From a virus, in IMG/VR virus record IMGVR_UViG_3300029389_000414: a DNA stretch of 64,000 bases. One strand, 5' to 3'. Positions 20,708 through 29,259 of the stretch are shown here, in pieces; the stretch's first letter is position 1, and each line of letters opens with the position of its first letter. The position numbers were made by a program, and so were the translations under genes. The notes beneath the pieces are model-generated. The model was not told the DNA's origin. It made no database searches and saw only the letters and a list, made by a program, of their open reading frames with translations.

Positions 20708-20904
20708 GATTTTTCTCCTTTGTAAAAATAATCTTTGTGGTCAGTATCCTGCAGTATTTTGACTTTCAGATACCAGGCAAGGCTTTCAAAATCTGTATAC
20801 TCATAGGGACTGATCGGTTTCCCGTTCCAGCTTGCAAAAAATACTCTTGCATCATTTGCCGGAACAAAATTACAATCTCCAGTCCGATAATTCCTATCTT
20901 TCAT
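20704..20904 (-). CDS. hypothetical small protein
   Basis: caggaggc RBS; 4-nt overlaps with both neighbours. Confidence 0.45.
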   Translation of the reverse strand: MKDRNYRTGDCNFVPANDARVFFASWNGKPISPYEYTDFESLAWYLKVKILQDTDHKDYFYKGEKS

Positions 20905-21706
20905 GAGAAGCCTCCTGTCTGCATTTCCGCATGATGTCCCAGTTATGCTCCATCATCCAGCCAACGCCTTTGGAGTGGTTTTCATCGAACCATTCCCAGA
21001 TATCTTCCCGTTCCATTCCTGCTTTCCAAAGAGCGAAGTCCTCAGAAAGAAGCATGCGTCCTTCCGGATCTTCATCGAACGGAATATCGGTCAGCATCGC
21101 CCAAAGCTTTTCGGTCTGTGCATCTGTGACCATCTGGTAAAATTCTTCATCCATGTTCAGCATGAATGTCCGAAATGATGCGGCCTTTTTCAAGTCCTTT
21201 ACATCCGGCGCACCAACATATTTCGTAAGAGGCAGGGAATCAAGGAAATTTTGGAAATTGCTTTGGAAGGTGACGGGCTTTAACATGCAGCCGTATAAGG
21301 CCTCCATTTCTGTTCCGTTCAGATCCTTTGTAGATTCAATGACCGGATTTTTTACCAGATAATCCCGTCTCATAACACTGATCGGTGGCTTTAACATCCA
21401 GCATTCTCCAGTCAGTTCCACATCCGGGACCTCGTTTTTTCTTGGACGCCGGATTGATTTCCAGTCCTGTTCAAGGTAATATGCATGAATGATAACTGGA
21501 ACCTTGTATTTTTGCATAATCTTGATGATTTTCCCCGTTCCCGGCATTGCCATTAATGCACGCTGTACTGTATCAGCGACACAAATTCTAGGGGTACTGT
21601 CATCTTCGCTTATATTTGGTCCGGTAACTCTTGATTTTGGAATCCTTGGAATCAGTGAACACGGTTCCAGAATATCCCAGCTGCAGTGAATATATTTTTG
21701 ACTCAT
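20894..21706 (-). CDS. hypothetical protein
   Basis: Start at the ATG after ttaaggaggaccacc (MSQKYIHCSWD...). Confidence 0.5.
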   Translation of the reverse strand: MSQKYIHCSWDILEPCSLIPRIPKSRVTGPNISEDDSTPRICVADTVQRALMAMPGTGKIIKIMQKYKVPVIIHAYYLEQDWKSIRRPRKNEVPDVELTGECWMLKPPISVMRRDYLVKNPVIESTKDLNGTEMEALYGCMLKPVTFQSNFQNFLDSLPLTKYVGAPDVKDLKKAASFRTFMLNMDEEFYQMVTDAQTEKLWAMLTDIPFDEDPEGRMLLSEDFALWKAGMEREDIWEWFDENHSKGVGWMMEHNWDIMRKCRQEASHER

Positions 21707-21717
21707 GGTGGTCCTCC

Positions 21718-22092
21718 TTAATAATCGATCTGAGTGGTATAGTCCGGATCCTGCATAAGTTCTTTTGCTTTCTGCTGTACCCATGACATGATGCTGAGTG
21801 ATTCAATCCGTTCTTTCGTGATCACATAGCCGATTCCGTCTACATATTTGAGCTTTTCGTGTCCGGATTCCATGACGATGATACAGTCATCATCCGGGAT
21901 AATATCCTGAAGTTTAAAGATATCATCCATGTCAACATCAGAATAGGAACCGAATCCATAAGTGTGGTCTGAACCGGTGAACAGCTCAATTCCAAAATTC
22001 TTTTTCTGGATCTGTTCAAAGATCTGATGAAATTTTTCCTCATCTGTTACATGAAAATAGTTACTTCTTGCGGTTGCTTCGTAATTTGCCAT
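21718..22092 (-). CDS. hypothetical protein
   Basis: ggaggataaccatt RBS. Confidence 0.5.
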   Translation of the reverse strand: MANYEATARSNYFHVTDEEKFHQIFEQIQKKNFGIELFTGSDHTYGFGSYSDVDMDDIFKLQDIIPDDDCIIVMESGHEKLKYVDGIGYVITKERIESLSIMSWVQQKAKELMQDPDYTTQIDY

Positions 22093-22113
22093 AATGGTTA
22101 TCCTCCTTATTCT

Positions 22114-22545
22114 TTACATTGCAAAACGCACGATTCCTAATCCTTCCGGGAGCTGTTTGAATTCACCCTTACCTCCATGGAAGATCTTCCGTGCTTCAAT
22201 TTTTGTGTATCCGATTGCAGTCCAGTCACTGCAGAAATCATCCCAGTCTTTATAATAGGCTGTGATATTTCCGAGGTATGGATAGCGTTTCAGGTGTCTT
22301 CCGATCGAATCCCGGACAGAATCTGTGACTTTGATCCATTTCTGGAGATACTGGATACTGTCCTTTGATATCGGTCTTATAACAAAATCTTTTGTATCCT
22401 GGCAGTAAGCAACTGCCTGGTTCAAAGTCAGACGATCTTCCCAGCATTTTCCATCCGGAGTCCAGACAGAATATGCTTCTGAGAGCGAATCTGCTTTTTT
22501 GTCATATTTGATACGTAACCGGTTGATCATCATTACATTTTTCAT
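22114..22545 (-). CDS. hypothetical protein
   Basis: aaagggg RBS. Confidence 0.45.
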   Translation of the reverse strand: MKNVMMINRLRIKYDKKADSLSEAYSVWTPDGKCWEDRLTLNQAVAYCQDTKDFVIRPISKDSIQYLQKWIKVTDSVRDSIGRHLKRYPYLGNITAYYKDWDDFCSDWTAIGYTKIEARKIFHGGKGEFKQLPEGLGIVRFAM

Positions 22546-22910
22546 TACTCTTGCCCCTTTCTTTTAAATTCAAAGAAAAGTCCATGTTCATAATGTACCG
22601 TCATCCAATAGTCCTTTAGATATCTCGGATCTGGGGAATGATTTGACCACTTGATCTGATGCAGGATCGTACTCCAATAATAAAAGTGCAGACCCTTATC
22701 TCCATATTCCTGATAAGTATCATCCACAATATAGAGTCCCTGATCCTCGGAATATTTCTGAAAGAATTCCAGTTTTTCTACAAATGCTGAAATATCTTCG
22801 ATGATCTGTCCGGAATACAGGTTGTCAAGTCCGACAACCGCGCTGAGTGCCGGGAATGTCCGGTTCTCATGTTCGGTAAGTTTTGTTGTTTTGTAAGCAT
22901 ATTTCTTCAT
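22545..22910 (-). CDS. hypothetical protein
   Basis: ggaggataact RBS. Confidence 0.5.
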   Translation of the reverse strand: MKKYAYKTTKLTEHENRTFPALSAVVGLDNLYSGQIIEDISAFVEKLEFFQKYSEDQGLYIVDDTYQEYGDKGLHFYYWSTILHQIKWSNHSPDPRYLKDYWMTVHYEHGLFFEFKRKGQE

Positions 22911-22922
22911 AGTTATCCTCCT

Positions 22923-23192
22923 CTATGCAGATAGGATCTGCTCTTTTTCTTTTTGTTCTGCCTTTCCCCGGCGTTCCAATTCATTTGTTAAAGCGAGGGC
23001 CAGGTCTTTTGCATAATCACATGGATACTTTTTGTAGAAGAGATCTATCATGCCAACGGCAGTTTCCCAATAGCCTTCTGTACGTTCGCCATTTTGGTCG
23101 CCATTCAACAAGAGTTTCATAATCTTGTAATAGTCTCCGAACATATTGAAATAAAAAGATCCCTTTTCAAATGTTTCTTTTTTCATGGTCAT
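22923..23192 (-). CDS. hypothetical small protein
   Basis: aaaaaggaggatgacc RBS. Confidence 0.45.
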   Translation of the reverse strand: MTMKKETFEKGSFYFNMFGDYYKIMKLLLNGDQNGERTEGYWETAVGMIDLFYKKYPCDYAKDLALALTNELERRGKAEQKEKEQILSA

Positions 23193-23523
23193 CCTCCTTT
23201 TTTCCGGATAAGATGCCGGAAACTTTCATCTTCAAGACATTCCAGCTTTTCAAAGTAAAAGCGGAGTCCATGGAATCCCTCTTCCAGTCCTCAGCCTCTT
23301 CCTTAGTCTCTTCCATATCCAATGGCAATTTCCAAAGCTTTCCATACCATACCGATCCTGTCATGACCGCAAGAGCAGACAGGGAGCAGACCAGGCATTT
23401 TAGGAAACTGATGTCATTGTTCTCACAACCGCCGAAAATACCGGCAAGGAAGAGAAATGATAGGGAGAATGAAGTAAGGCTTATCCCTTGTTTGTGTGTT
23501 GTTACAAAATTTTTCACATTCAT
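23167..23523 (-). CDS. small membrane protein
   Basis: aaatggagg RBS; hydrophobic core. Confidence 0.45.
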   Translation of the reverse strand: MNVKNFVTTHKQGISLTSFSLSFLFLAGIFGGCENNDISFLKCLVCSLSALAVMTGSVWYGKLWKLPLDMEETKEEAEDWKRDSMDSAFTLKSWNVLKMKVSGILSGKKEDDHEKRNI

Positions 23524-23640
23524 TTACTTTGCCTCCATTTCTTCTGTGAATGATTGTTCTATTAATAGAATGGGAAATGGAATAAGAAATAAAAAAAGCC
23601 CTGAATGGGCTTGCATACTTAGAATACAAAAAGACGCCCG
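23524..23640 (-). repeat. intergenic cassette copy 8
   Basis: cctccatttcttctgtgaatgattgttctattaatagaatgggaaatgg...aaataaaaaaagccctgaatgggctt. Confidence 0.65.
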
Positions 23641-23835
23641 CTAAGGCGCCTTTTTGGTTATTGAGGATAACCTGGGATTTTCTCTTATTTTATAGACTCA
23701 TTCGAAATCCACGAAAGCCATTTTTGTCTTACCAAAGGAAGTTACAGAAGAATGGAGTTTCTTATACATTCCTTCCTTTGATGTTTCTAAGTATAACAGA
23801 AGTACCTCTATTTTGCAAAGTTCTGGACAAAAAAG

Positions 23836-25377
23836 TTATGGTTCTTTCTTTGCTCTCTCGGCACAGGTCCAGCACAGCATGGTACCTTCTGGGACAGGCC
23901 TGCCACAGCAGACACAGATGTCTTCCGGTGACACGTATATCTCCGGGTTATCTGAATCCAGTTTCGGGATCCAGTTTTCTTCCGTTTTCTTAAGCATTCC
24001 TTTCGGAACGCAGTCGTTCAGTGCAGAATTATCAGCCAGTGCCATATCGATAATATAAAAGTCGTCCCCATTCTGCATGATGTCCAGACTCCACTGTCCG
24101 TCAAGTTCCAGATCCGGAAGCAGCTTTTCTACTTCCCGGATGATCTGCTCCTTATTCGCTTCATACCTTTCCATTAAGGTCTTTTCATGTGCAGAATAAG
24201 TAATATAGTCATGGATCTGATGCGGGGAATCCTGGTCTTCTTCATGACCGAACCGTTGTTTCATTACATCGCTCCGCCAATACGGGCTGATACCGATGAC
24301 CCGGTCTGTATCTGCATCTATGAATACACGGTATTCTGTATGTAATGACAATCCTTTATAAATGGTCGGGTTATGCTCCTTATCCTGAATGAATTCCCGG
24401 ACGACCCATTCCACGGTCGATCCCTGCCCGTACATAGCCGGCTGATTCCTGCCGCTCAGATCATAATGTGCGTAACAGACTGACTGGAACTGAATAAACA
24501 GCAGATATTCTCCCAGCGTCCGTACCTCTTCTGCCCCAGATACGCGGGCATTTCGGAAATCATATTTAGAAGAGAACATACCTGTTTTAATAAAATATTC
24601 CTTATCTCGGTCAAGATGAAAAGCTTTTTCACAGAACCGATCTACAATCTCCAGAGTCGTCTTTGTCAAAGTGAAATAATCCAGTCTTGCAAGCTGCAGC
24701 ATGGTGAGGGGGACTTTGATGATCGTTGTATCCGGAATCTGAAAGAATGAATGTCTGGATGCTGCTTCAGTCAGCTGCGGGAACCAGTTTCCAATAGAGT
24801 TCTGATTCATCTCCAGCATGCGATACATGACCGCATCTAAATCTTGGAGTTCGAGACCTTGACGGAACATTCCGTAAAGCTGCTGTTTTTTCTTTGGGTT
24901 CTTTTCTTTCTGATAATCAGCATAAATGCCGAGCAGAGCCGGATAAGCGTCATCTTTGATATCACGGATCATAAGATTTCCAGTCAGCTGCGGACGCAGT
25001 TCTTCCGGTAATTCCATAATCTCTTCCTTCGTAACGGGAGTACCCGGGGATAAGACATGGTATGTCCCGCTGGAGGATTTTCCATCTTTATATGTATAAT
25101 ATGCTGTATCCTGCAAAAGTTCTGCAACGATCCGGTCGATCAGTTCACTTACGCATGCATCTTCAACGGTAACATGTTCCTGCATATCAGATGCCTGCTT
25201 TGCATTTACAGCGAATAAGTTATCGCTGACCGGTTCGTTCAGCATTTCTTTGTGATATGCTTTTTCAAAGGCTTCCAATGCTTCCGCATTTGTTCCAAGC
25301 AGTGCTGCGATACTGTCCTTATCTGAAATTGTTAATTTCTTTTTTTTATTTAATATATTTTTAAAAATATCTAACAT
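23836..25377 (-). CDS. hypothetical 513-aa protein, possible ATP-grasp-like core, C-terminal Cys4 ribbon
   Basis: The segment VEWVVREFIQ...YRVFIDADTDRVIGISPYW...QWSLDIMQNGDDFYIIDMA resembles ATP-grasp strands. C-terminal CVCCGRP...CWTC. Confidence 0.45.
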   Translation of the reverse strand: MLDIFKNILNKKKKLTISDKDSIAALLGTNAEALEAFEKAYHKEMLNEPVSDNLFAVNAKQASDMQEHVTVEDACVSELIDRIVAELLQDTAYYTYKDGKSSSGTYHVLSPGTPVTKEEIMELPEELRPQLTGNLMIRDIKDDAYPALLGIYADYQKEKNPKKKQQLYGMFRQGLELQDLDAVMYRMLEMNQNSIGNWFPQLTEAASRHSFFQIPDTTIIKVPLTMLQLARLDYFTLTKTTLEIVDRFCEKAFHLDRDKEYFIKTGMFSSKYDFRNARVSGAEEVRTLGEYLLFIQFQSVCYAHYDLSGRNQPAMYGQGSTVEWVVREFIQDKEHNPTIYKGLSLHTEYRVFIDADTDRVIGISPYWRSDVMKQRFGHEEDQDSPHQIHDYITYSAHEKTLMERYEANKEQIIREVEKLLPDLELDGQWSLDIMQNGDDFYIIDMALADNSALNDCVPKGMLKKTEENWIPKLDSDNPEIYVSPEDICVCCGRPVPEGTMLCWTCAERAKKEP

Positions 25378-25410
25378 ATCCTTACTCCTCATTATTCTGG
25401 AAAAGTTCCT

Positions 25411-25692
25411 TTACAGCTCATCTGGAAAATTACAGCTGCACCCCTGGTCATAATAGTTCTTTTTCCGAATCGCATATTTTTCTTCCATAGTTTTCTCAAG
25501 AACTCTTAATGCGTCCATGACTTCGAGCGCAGCATCCCGTTCTTTCCGTGTCCGGAATTCCTCGTTACATATCCGGGAATGAAAAGCCCCTATATGTTCA
25601 GTCAGCACCTTGAGACGAATCTTATCCTCACATTCTGTCTCATCTTGGCGTCTGATAGTCTCTGTTTCTGTTTCGTATGTATAAGCCTCCAT
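25411..25692 (-). CDS. hypothetical small protein
   Basis: aaaggataaaaaat RBS. Confidence 0.45.
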   Translation of the reverse strand: MEAYTYETETETIRRQDETECEDKIRLKVLTEHIGAFHSRICNEEFRTRKERDAALEVMDALRVLEKTMEEKYAIRKKNYYDQGCSCNFPDEL

Positions 25693-25697
25693 ATTTT

Positions 25698-25999
25698 TTA
25701 TCCTTTCTGAAAATACCTGACTAGATACCTCTGCAATTTTTCTTCGCTGCCGTTATCCAGGACTGAACAGAGATCTTTCCGGTGATCGCCGAGGTATCTG
25801 CAGAACTTGATCCGCTCTTCCCAATCCAGGATATTATCCAGCTGAAACAGGGTTTCCAATTCTCTTCTGCCCTTATTATGCAGGATTTCCTGCAGTTCTT
25901 TTTTGTGTTTTATTACGAACCGGAAGACACCTTCTGTTATGCATGCTGTGACAAAATTGCATCCATATTTGATCTGTATTCTGCTTACTGCTCCCATTC
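25698..25999 (-). CDS. hypothetical protein
   Basis: Start at the ATG after gaggggaggacttgga. Confidence 0.45.
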
Positions 26000-26016
26000 C
26001 AAGTCCTCCCCTCTTG

Positions 26017-26412
26017 TTATTTAACGATATCTGCATTATGTTCGTTGATGATATCGTTAACAACTGAATCTGGGAAAATTCTTTTGATGCAATCCTCACA
26101 GAGGACACCATATGCATAGGGAGCTTTAAAATCTTCCAGATTAACTCCCTTTTCCCATAATTGATTCTCGACAGAGTAGTCTATTTGATACAGCTTTTCT
26201 CCTTGATTCAGCTTTCTCAGGCAGCAACCACATCTGCAGGCGCCGGCTGTTTCGTATGCCTCGTACTCATTTCCGTCGCAATACCTTGTTAATCCGACGG
26301 CAGACCGGATTAAACTCCTTGCCGTATCTGTATCTAACTTCCCTTCATCATATTTCTCATATATACAATTGACCATATGGTCTGCTGCATGTCCAATATC
26401 ATGACAACTCAT
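26017..26412 (-). CDS. hypothetical Cys-rich protein
   Basis: aaaggagaaaagaaa RBS. Confidence 0.5.
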   Translation of the reverse strand: MSCHDIGHAADHMVNCIYEKYDEGKLDTDTARSLIRSAVGLTRYCDGNEYEAYETAGACRCGCCLRKLNQGEKLYQIDYSVENQLWEKGVNLEDFKAPYAYGVLCEDCIKRIFPDSVVNDIINEHNADIVK

Positions 26413-26433
26413 TTTCTTTTCTCCTTTTTTTTC

Positions 26434-27165
26434 TTAAATATTGTTTTCAAGGTTTTCGATTGCTTCAAACGGCACATATACCGTATGGCGCAGGACAAAA
26501 TGTCCATAATCATTCCTGCGACTTTCAAATTTCCAGATTCGAAATCCTGGAAGATATTTCTCGTATAATTTTTCCAGGTTCTTTCTGTTTTTGTCTGTAT
26601 CGAGTAATTCGTCATGGAATTGATCTTCAAAAATGTCCCAGTATTCTCTTTTGTTGATTGGAACAATTCCCCATTCGTCCATATATTTCCTGCATTCTTT
26701 TGGGACACAGCTGCAGGAAGGTTCTTTTTCCAGTTCCTGTGTGACCGTGTATAGGAACATTCTTTGTGTGATCTTTTCCTGGGATGCGTAATGGAATCCT
26801 AATGAGGAATACCAGGCACGAAACAACCCATCCAAGTGATTTAATTTTTCTATCAGCAGCTCTGTGGTAATTGTTTTGCTTTGCTCTGTCAGACTTTCCC
26901 GCAGCTGTTCCCGTAAGGTCCGAATCTCTGTATAGCGTTTTTTTCGTTCCTTAGCAATGACTGAATCATATCCAAGAATATCTGATAGTTCCGTAAAATA
27001 AGATTCAAACAGCCCCATATGAGTTTTTACATTTTCTTTAGACAGTTTGCCACAATTTACTAACTGGTAAAAGAATTCCGTCGAATGTAATAGCTCTGAT
27101 AAACATGTTGATATTTTTTCTTTTTGAGCTGATTGTAAATTGACCATTTCTATTATTTCTCTCAT
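26434..27165 (-). CDS. hypothetical protein
   Basis: Start at MREIIEMV (ggagaag upstream). Confidence 0.45.
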   Translation of the reverse strand: MREIIEMVNLQSAQKEKISTCLSELLHSTEFFYQLVNCGKLSKENVKTHMGLFESYFTELSDILGYDSVIAKERKKRYTEIRTLREQLRESLTEQSKTITTELLIEKLNHLDGLFRAWYSSLGFHYASQEKITQRMFLYTVTQELEKEPSCSCVPKECRKYMDEWGIVPINKREYWDIFEDQFHDELLDTDKNRKNLEKLYEKYLPGFRIWKFESRRNDYGHFVLRHTVYVPFEAIENLENNI

Positions 27166-27197
27166 TTTTTTTCTTCTCCATGTAAATAAGATTCTTT

Positions 27198-27485
27198 TCA
27201 CCCTGTATACAAGTTCTTTCCATCTTCTGAAAATATGATTCCCAAATTACGGATTCTCGTCCCTTTTGTATTCGTACCTCGTCGGTATTGAATACATTTC
27301 TGCTCTAAGAGATATTTGATCACTTTCTTATTTCCTTTTTCCGGAAAGGAAACATCTACGATTGGATTCGCACCGTGAAGTGTCATCGTTCCATGGTTTA
27401 CATGAGCTTCCGGAATGAATTCCTTAATATATTCCTCGGCCTTTGCATATAAATAATCCCAATCAAAATCATCTATTTTCTGCAT
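27198..27485 (-). CDS. hypothetical small protein
   Basis: Start at the ATG after ggaaggagaaataag. Confidence 0.45.
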   Translation of the reverse strand: MQKIDDFDWDYLYAKAEEYIKEFIPEAHVNHGTMTLHGANPIVDVSFPEKGNKKVIKYLLEQKCIQYRRGTNTKGTRIRNLGIIFSEDGKNLYTG

Positions 27486-27486
27486 C

Positions 27487-27939
27487 TTATTTCTCCTTCC
27501 AGACAATCCCCTTTTTCTTCGTAACTGTTCCTTTTTCTGTAATGATGCCTTCTTCCTGCATCTTTGTAAGGATATCCAGTGCCATATTTGCAGGAATACG
27601 GAACCGGTTAATGAGCTTTCCTGCATTGACCACGCCGCATTCCTCTGCCATTTCCACAGCTGCCCGATACTGTGCCTGCGTGTATTTCTTTTTCCTGGAA
27701 GTCTTTTTGACTGGAATATTGGTCTGTAGTAATGCAGATTTCTTGTTCCTTTTTTTTGTGTTTTTAACTGGTTCAGGATCTTTAGCCGGACTCTTTGCCT
27801 TTTTCTCCAGTTCTTTAGTTTTTGGTTTTGCCGTGGTCTCAGTTTTCTTTCTAACCCTTTTGGTTTTGGTCGTGGTTGGTTCCGGTGCAGTCAGGGGAAG
27901 GTCGATCTGACCGGGGACCTGGTTCTTTTTCCTTGGCAT
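27487..27939 (-). CDS. lysine-rich DNA-binding protein with FtsK-gamma-like winged helix
   Basis: The N-terminus is K/T/P-rich and histone-like. C-terminal YRAAVEMAEECGVVNAGKLINRFRIPANMALDILTKMQEEGII resembles the FtsK gamma domain. Confidence 0.55.
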   Translation of the reverse strand: MPRKKNQVPGQIDLPLTAPEPTTTKTKRVRKKTETTAKPKTKELEKKAKSPAKDPEPVKNTKKRNKKSALLQTNIPVKKTSRKKKYTQAQYRAAVEMAEECGVVNAGKLINRFRIPANMALDILTKMQEEGIITEKGTVTKKKGIVWKEK

Positions 27940-27944
27940 ATTCC

Positions 27945-28655
27945 TTACCTCTCAATCTCGGTATAGATCGTGTTCGGTTCCGGCGGTATCGGATGTCCCT
28001 GTGCATCGGTACAGTGTGCTTCTTCCATCTCTTTCTTCGAAACTGGCTCCCATGTTCCATCTTCCCAAAAGACAATACCAAATAAGTAGTCTTTTTCTGC
28101 TTCATTACCAATAGCACGCACGGTCATGACTCCTTGACAGGTGATCATTTCGCAGTAGATTTCAAGGAAACAATGATCAAAAGATTCCTGCTCATCTTCC
28201 GTGATGACTGCTGGAAACCCGTATGCAGATGCCCCCTGGCTGCTGATGCAGCTGATGATCTTCTTTTTGGGAATCTCTATCAGTTTTTTCTTGAGTGCTT
28301 CCATTTCTGATCTGATTTTCTCTGGGAGTTCTTCACTGAGATTTTTCAGTTCCTGTTGGTCCCTTTCATAAAGGTCTATCGTAAGGCGGAACAGGTATGG
28401 TTCCTGTCCCCAATTTCTCAATCTCGCATCCCGGGTCTGTTCCTCGAAATGTTCCGCGAAATAATTATAGAACTCATACAGGTCTTTCCGTTCCTCTTTT
28501 GAGAACTGTCCATGGTTCGTCTCGTTCTTTACCAGATATTCTGCATTTTTAATAGCAAGAAAACCAATGATCTCGTTGATTGACGGGTCAGAACCCGTAT
28601 ATGTTAAAAATTCCTGAATTAAGTTTTTACGCTTTTTGTTATTCTTTTTATCCAT
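27945..28655 (-). CDS. hypothetical protein
   Basis: ggaggataacgat RBS. Confidence 0.5.
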   Translation of the reverse strand: MDKKNNKKRKNLIQEFLTYTGSDPSINEIIGFLAIKNAEYLVKNETNHGQFSKEERKDLYEFYNYFAEHFEEQTRDARLRNWGQEPYLFRLTIDLYERDQQELKNLSEELPEKIRSEMEALKKKLIEIPKKKIISCISSQGASAYGFPAVITEDEQESFDHCFLEIYCEMITCQGVMTVRAIGNEAEKDYLFGIVFWEDGTWEPVSKKEMEEAHCTDAQGHPIPPEPNTIYTEIER

Positions 28656-28941
28656 ATCGTTATCCTCCAAAACAATTGTTTTTGTTCTTCTATCTATTAG
28701 TATGGAGGATTAGGGCAGATTTGGCAAAGTTGTGGACAAGAAAAAGCAGGATTGGTATTTTCTCAAATATTACGTTTCCTTTTTCGACGCAATATGTTAG
28801 AATGATTCTGCTGAATAAATATTATTTGGCACACTCACCCTGATTTTCACCGGTAAAAGTGAAGATCAAAAAAGGGAACTGTTCCAAGAACAGCTCCCAC
28901 CATAGAAAGACGTCTTCCCACAATCGAGGCGTCTTTTTTTA

Positions 28942-29244
28942 TTATATTTTTAGCATGATCCGCTTTTCAAATCCGCCTCGTTCCTTTTTCTTTTGTATGC
29001 GGATCTGGTCAATTTCTTCCAGGCTGCTATGCCTCGATTCTGCAATTGCAGAAATGACTTCCATGATATCTGCAAGCTCTTCCAAAGTTCGGTCCGTCTG
29101 ATATTCTGAGACTTCCTCATGAAGTTTTTCAAGTAGTGCTTGTTCATATTCCTGCTCAGTCTTCAGGCGTATGATTTCGCATGTCTCTCCATTTTTATGA
29201 TTGATGTCCGGAATATGATCTCGTACAAGCTTATATCCTTCCAT
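28942..29244 (-). CDS. MazG-like nucleotide pyrophosphohydrolase domain protein
   Basis: 100 aa, all-alpha, with the EExE...EELADIMEV pattern. Confidence 0.5.
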   Translation of the reverse strand: MEGYKLVRDHIPDINHKNGETCEIIRLKTEQEYEQALLEKLHEEVSEYQTDRTLEELADIMEVISAIAESRHSSLEEIDQIRIQKKKERGGFEKRIMLKI

Positions 29245-29259
29245 AGAATCCCCTCCCTG

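Noticed and set aside
9024-23640. Integron cassette array (attC sites) as the explanation for the repeated intergenic modules
   Set aside because: No RYYYAAC / GTTRRRY core sites at the borders and no intI in view. Each module carries its own promoter and terminator rather than being promoterless. The similarity is limited to inverted 12-mers flanking the genes.
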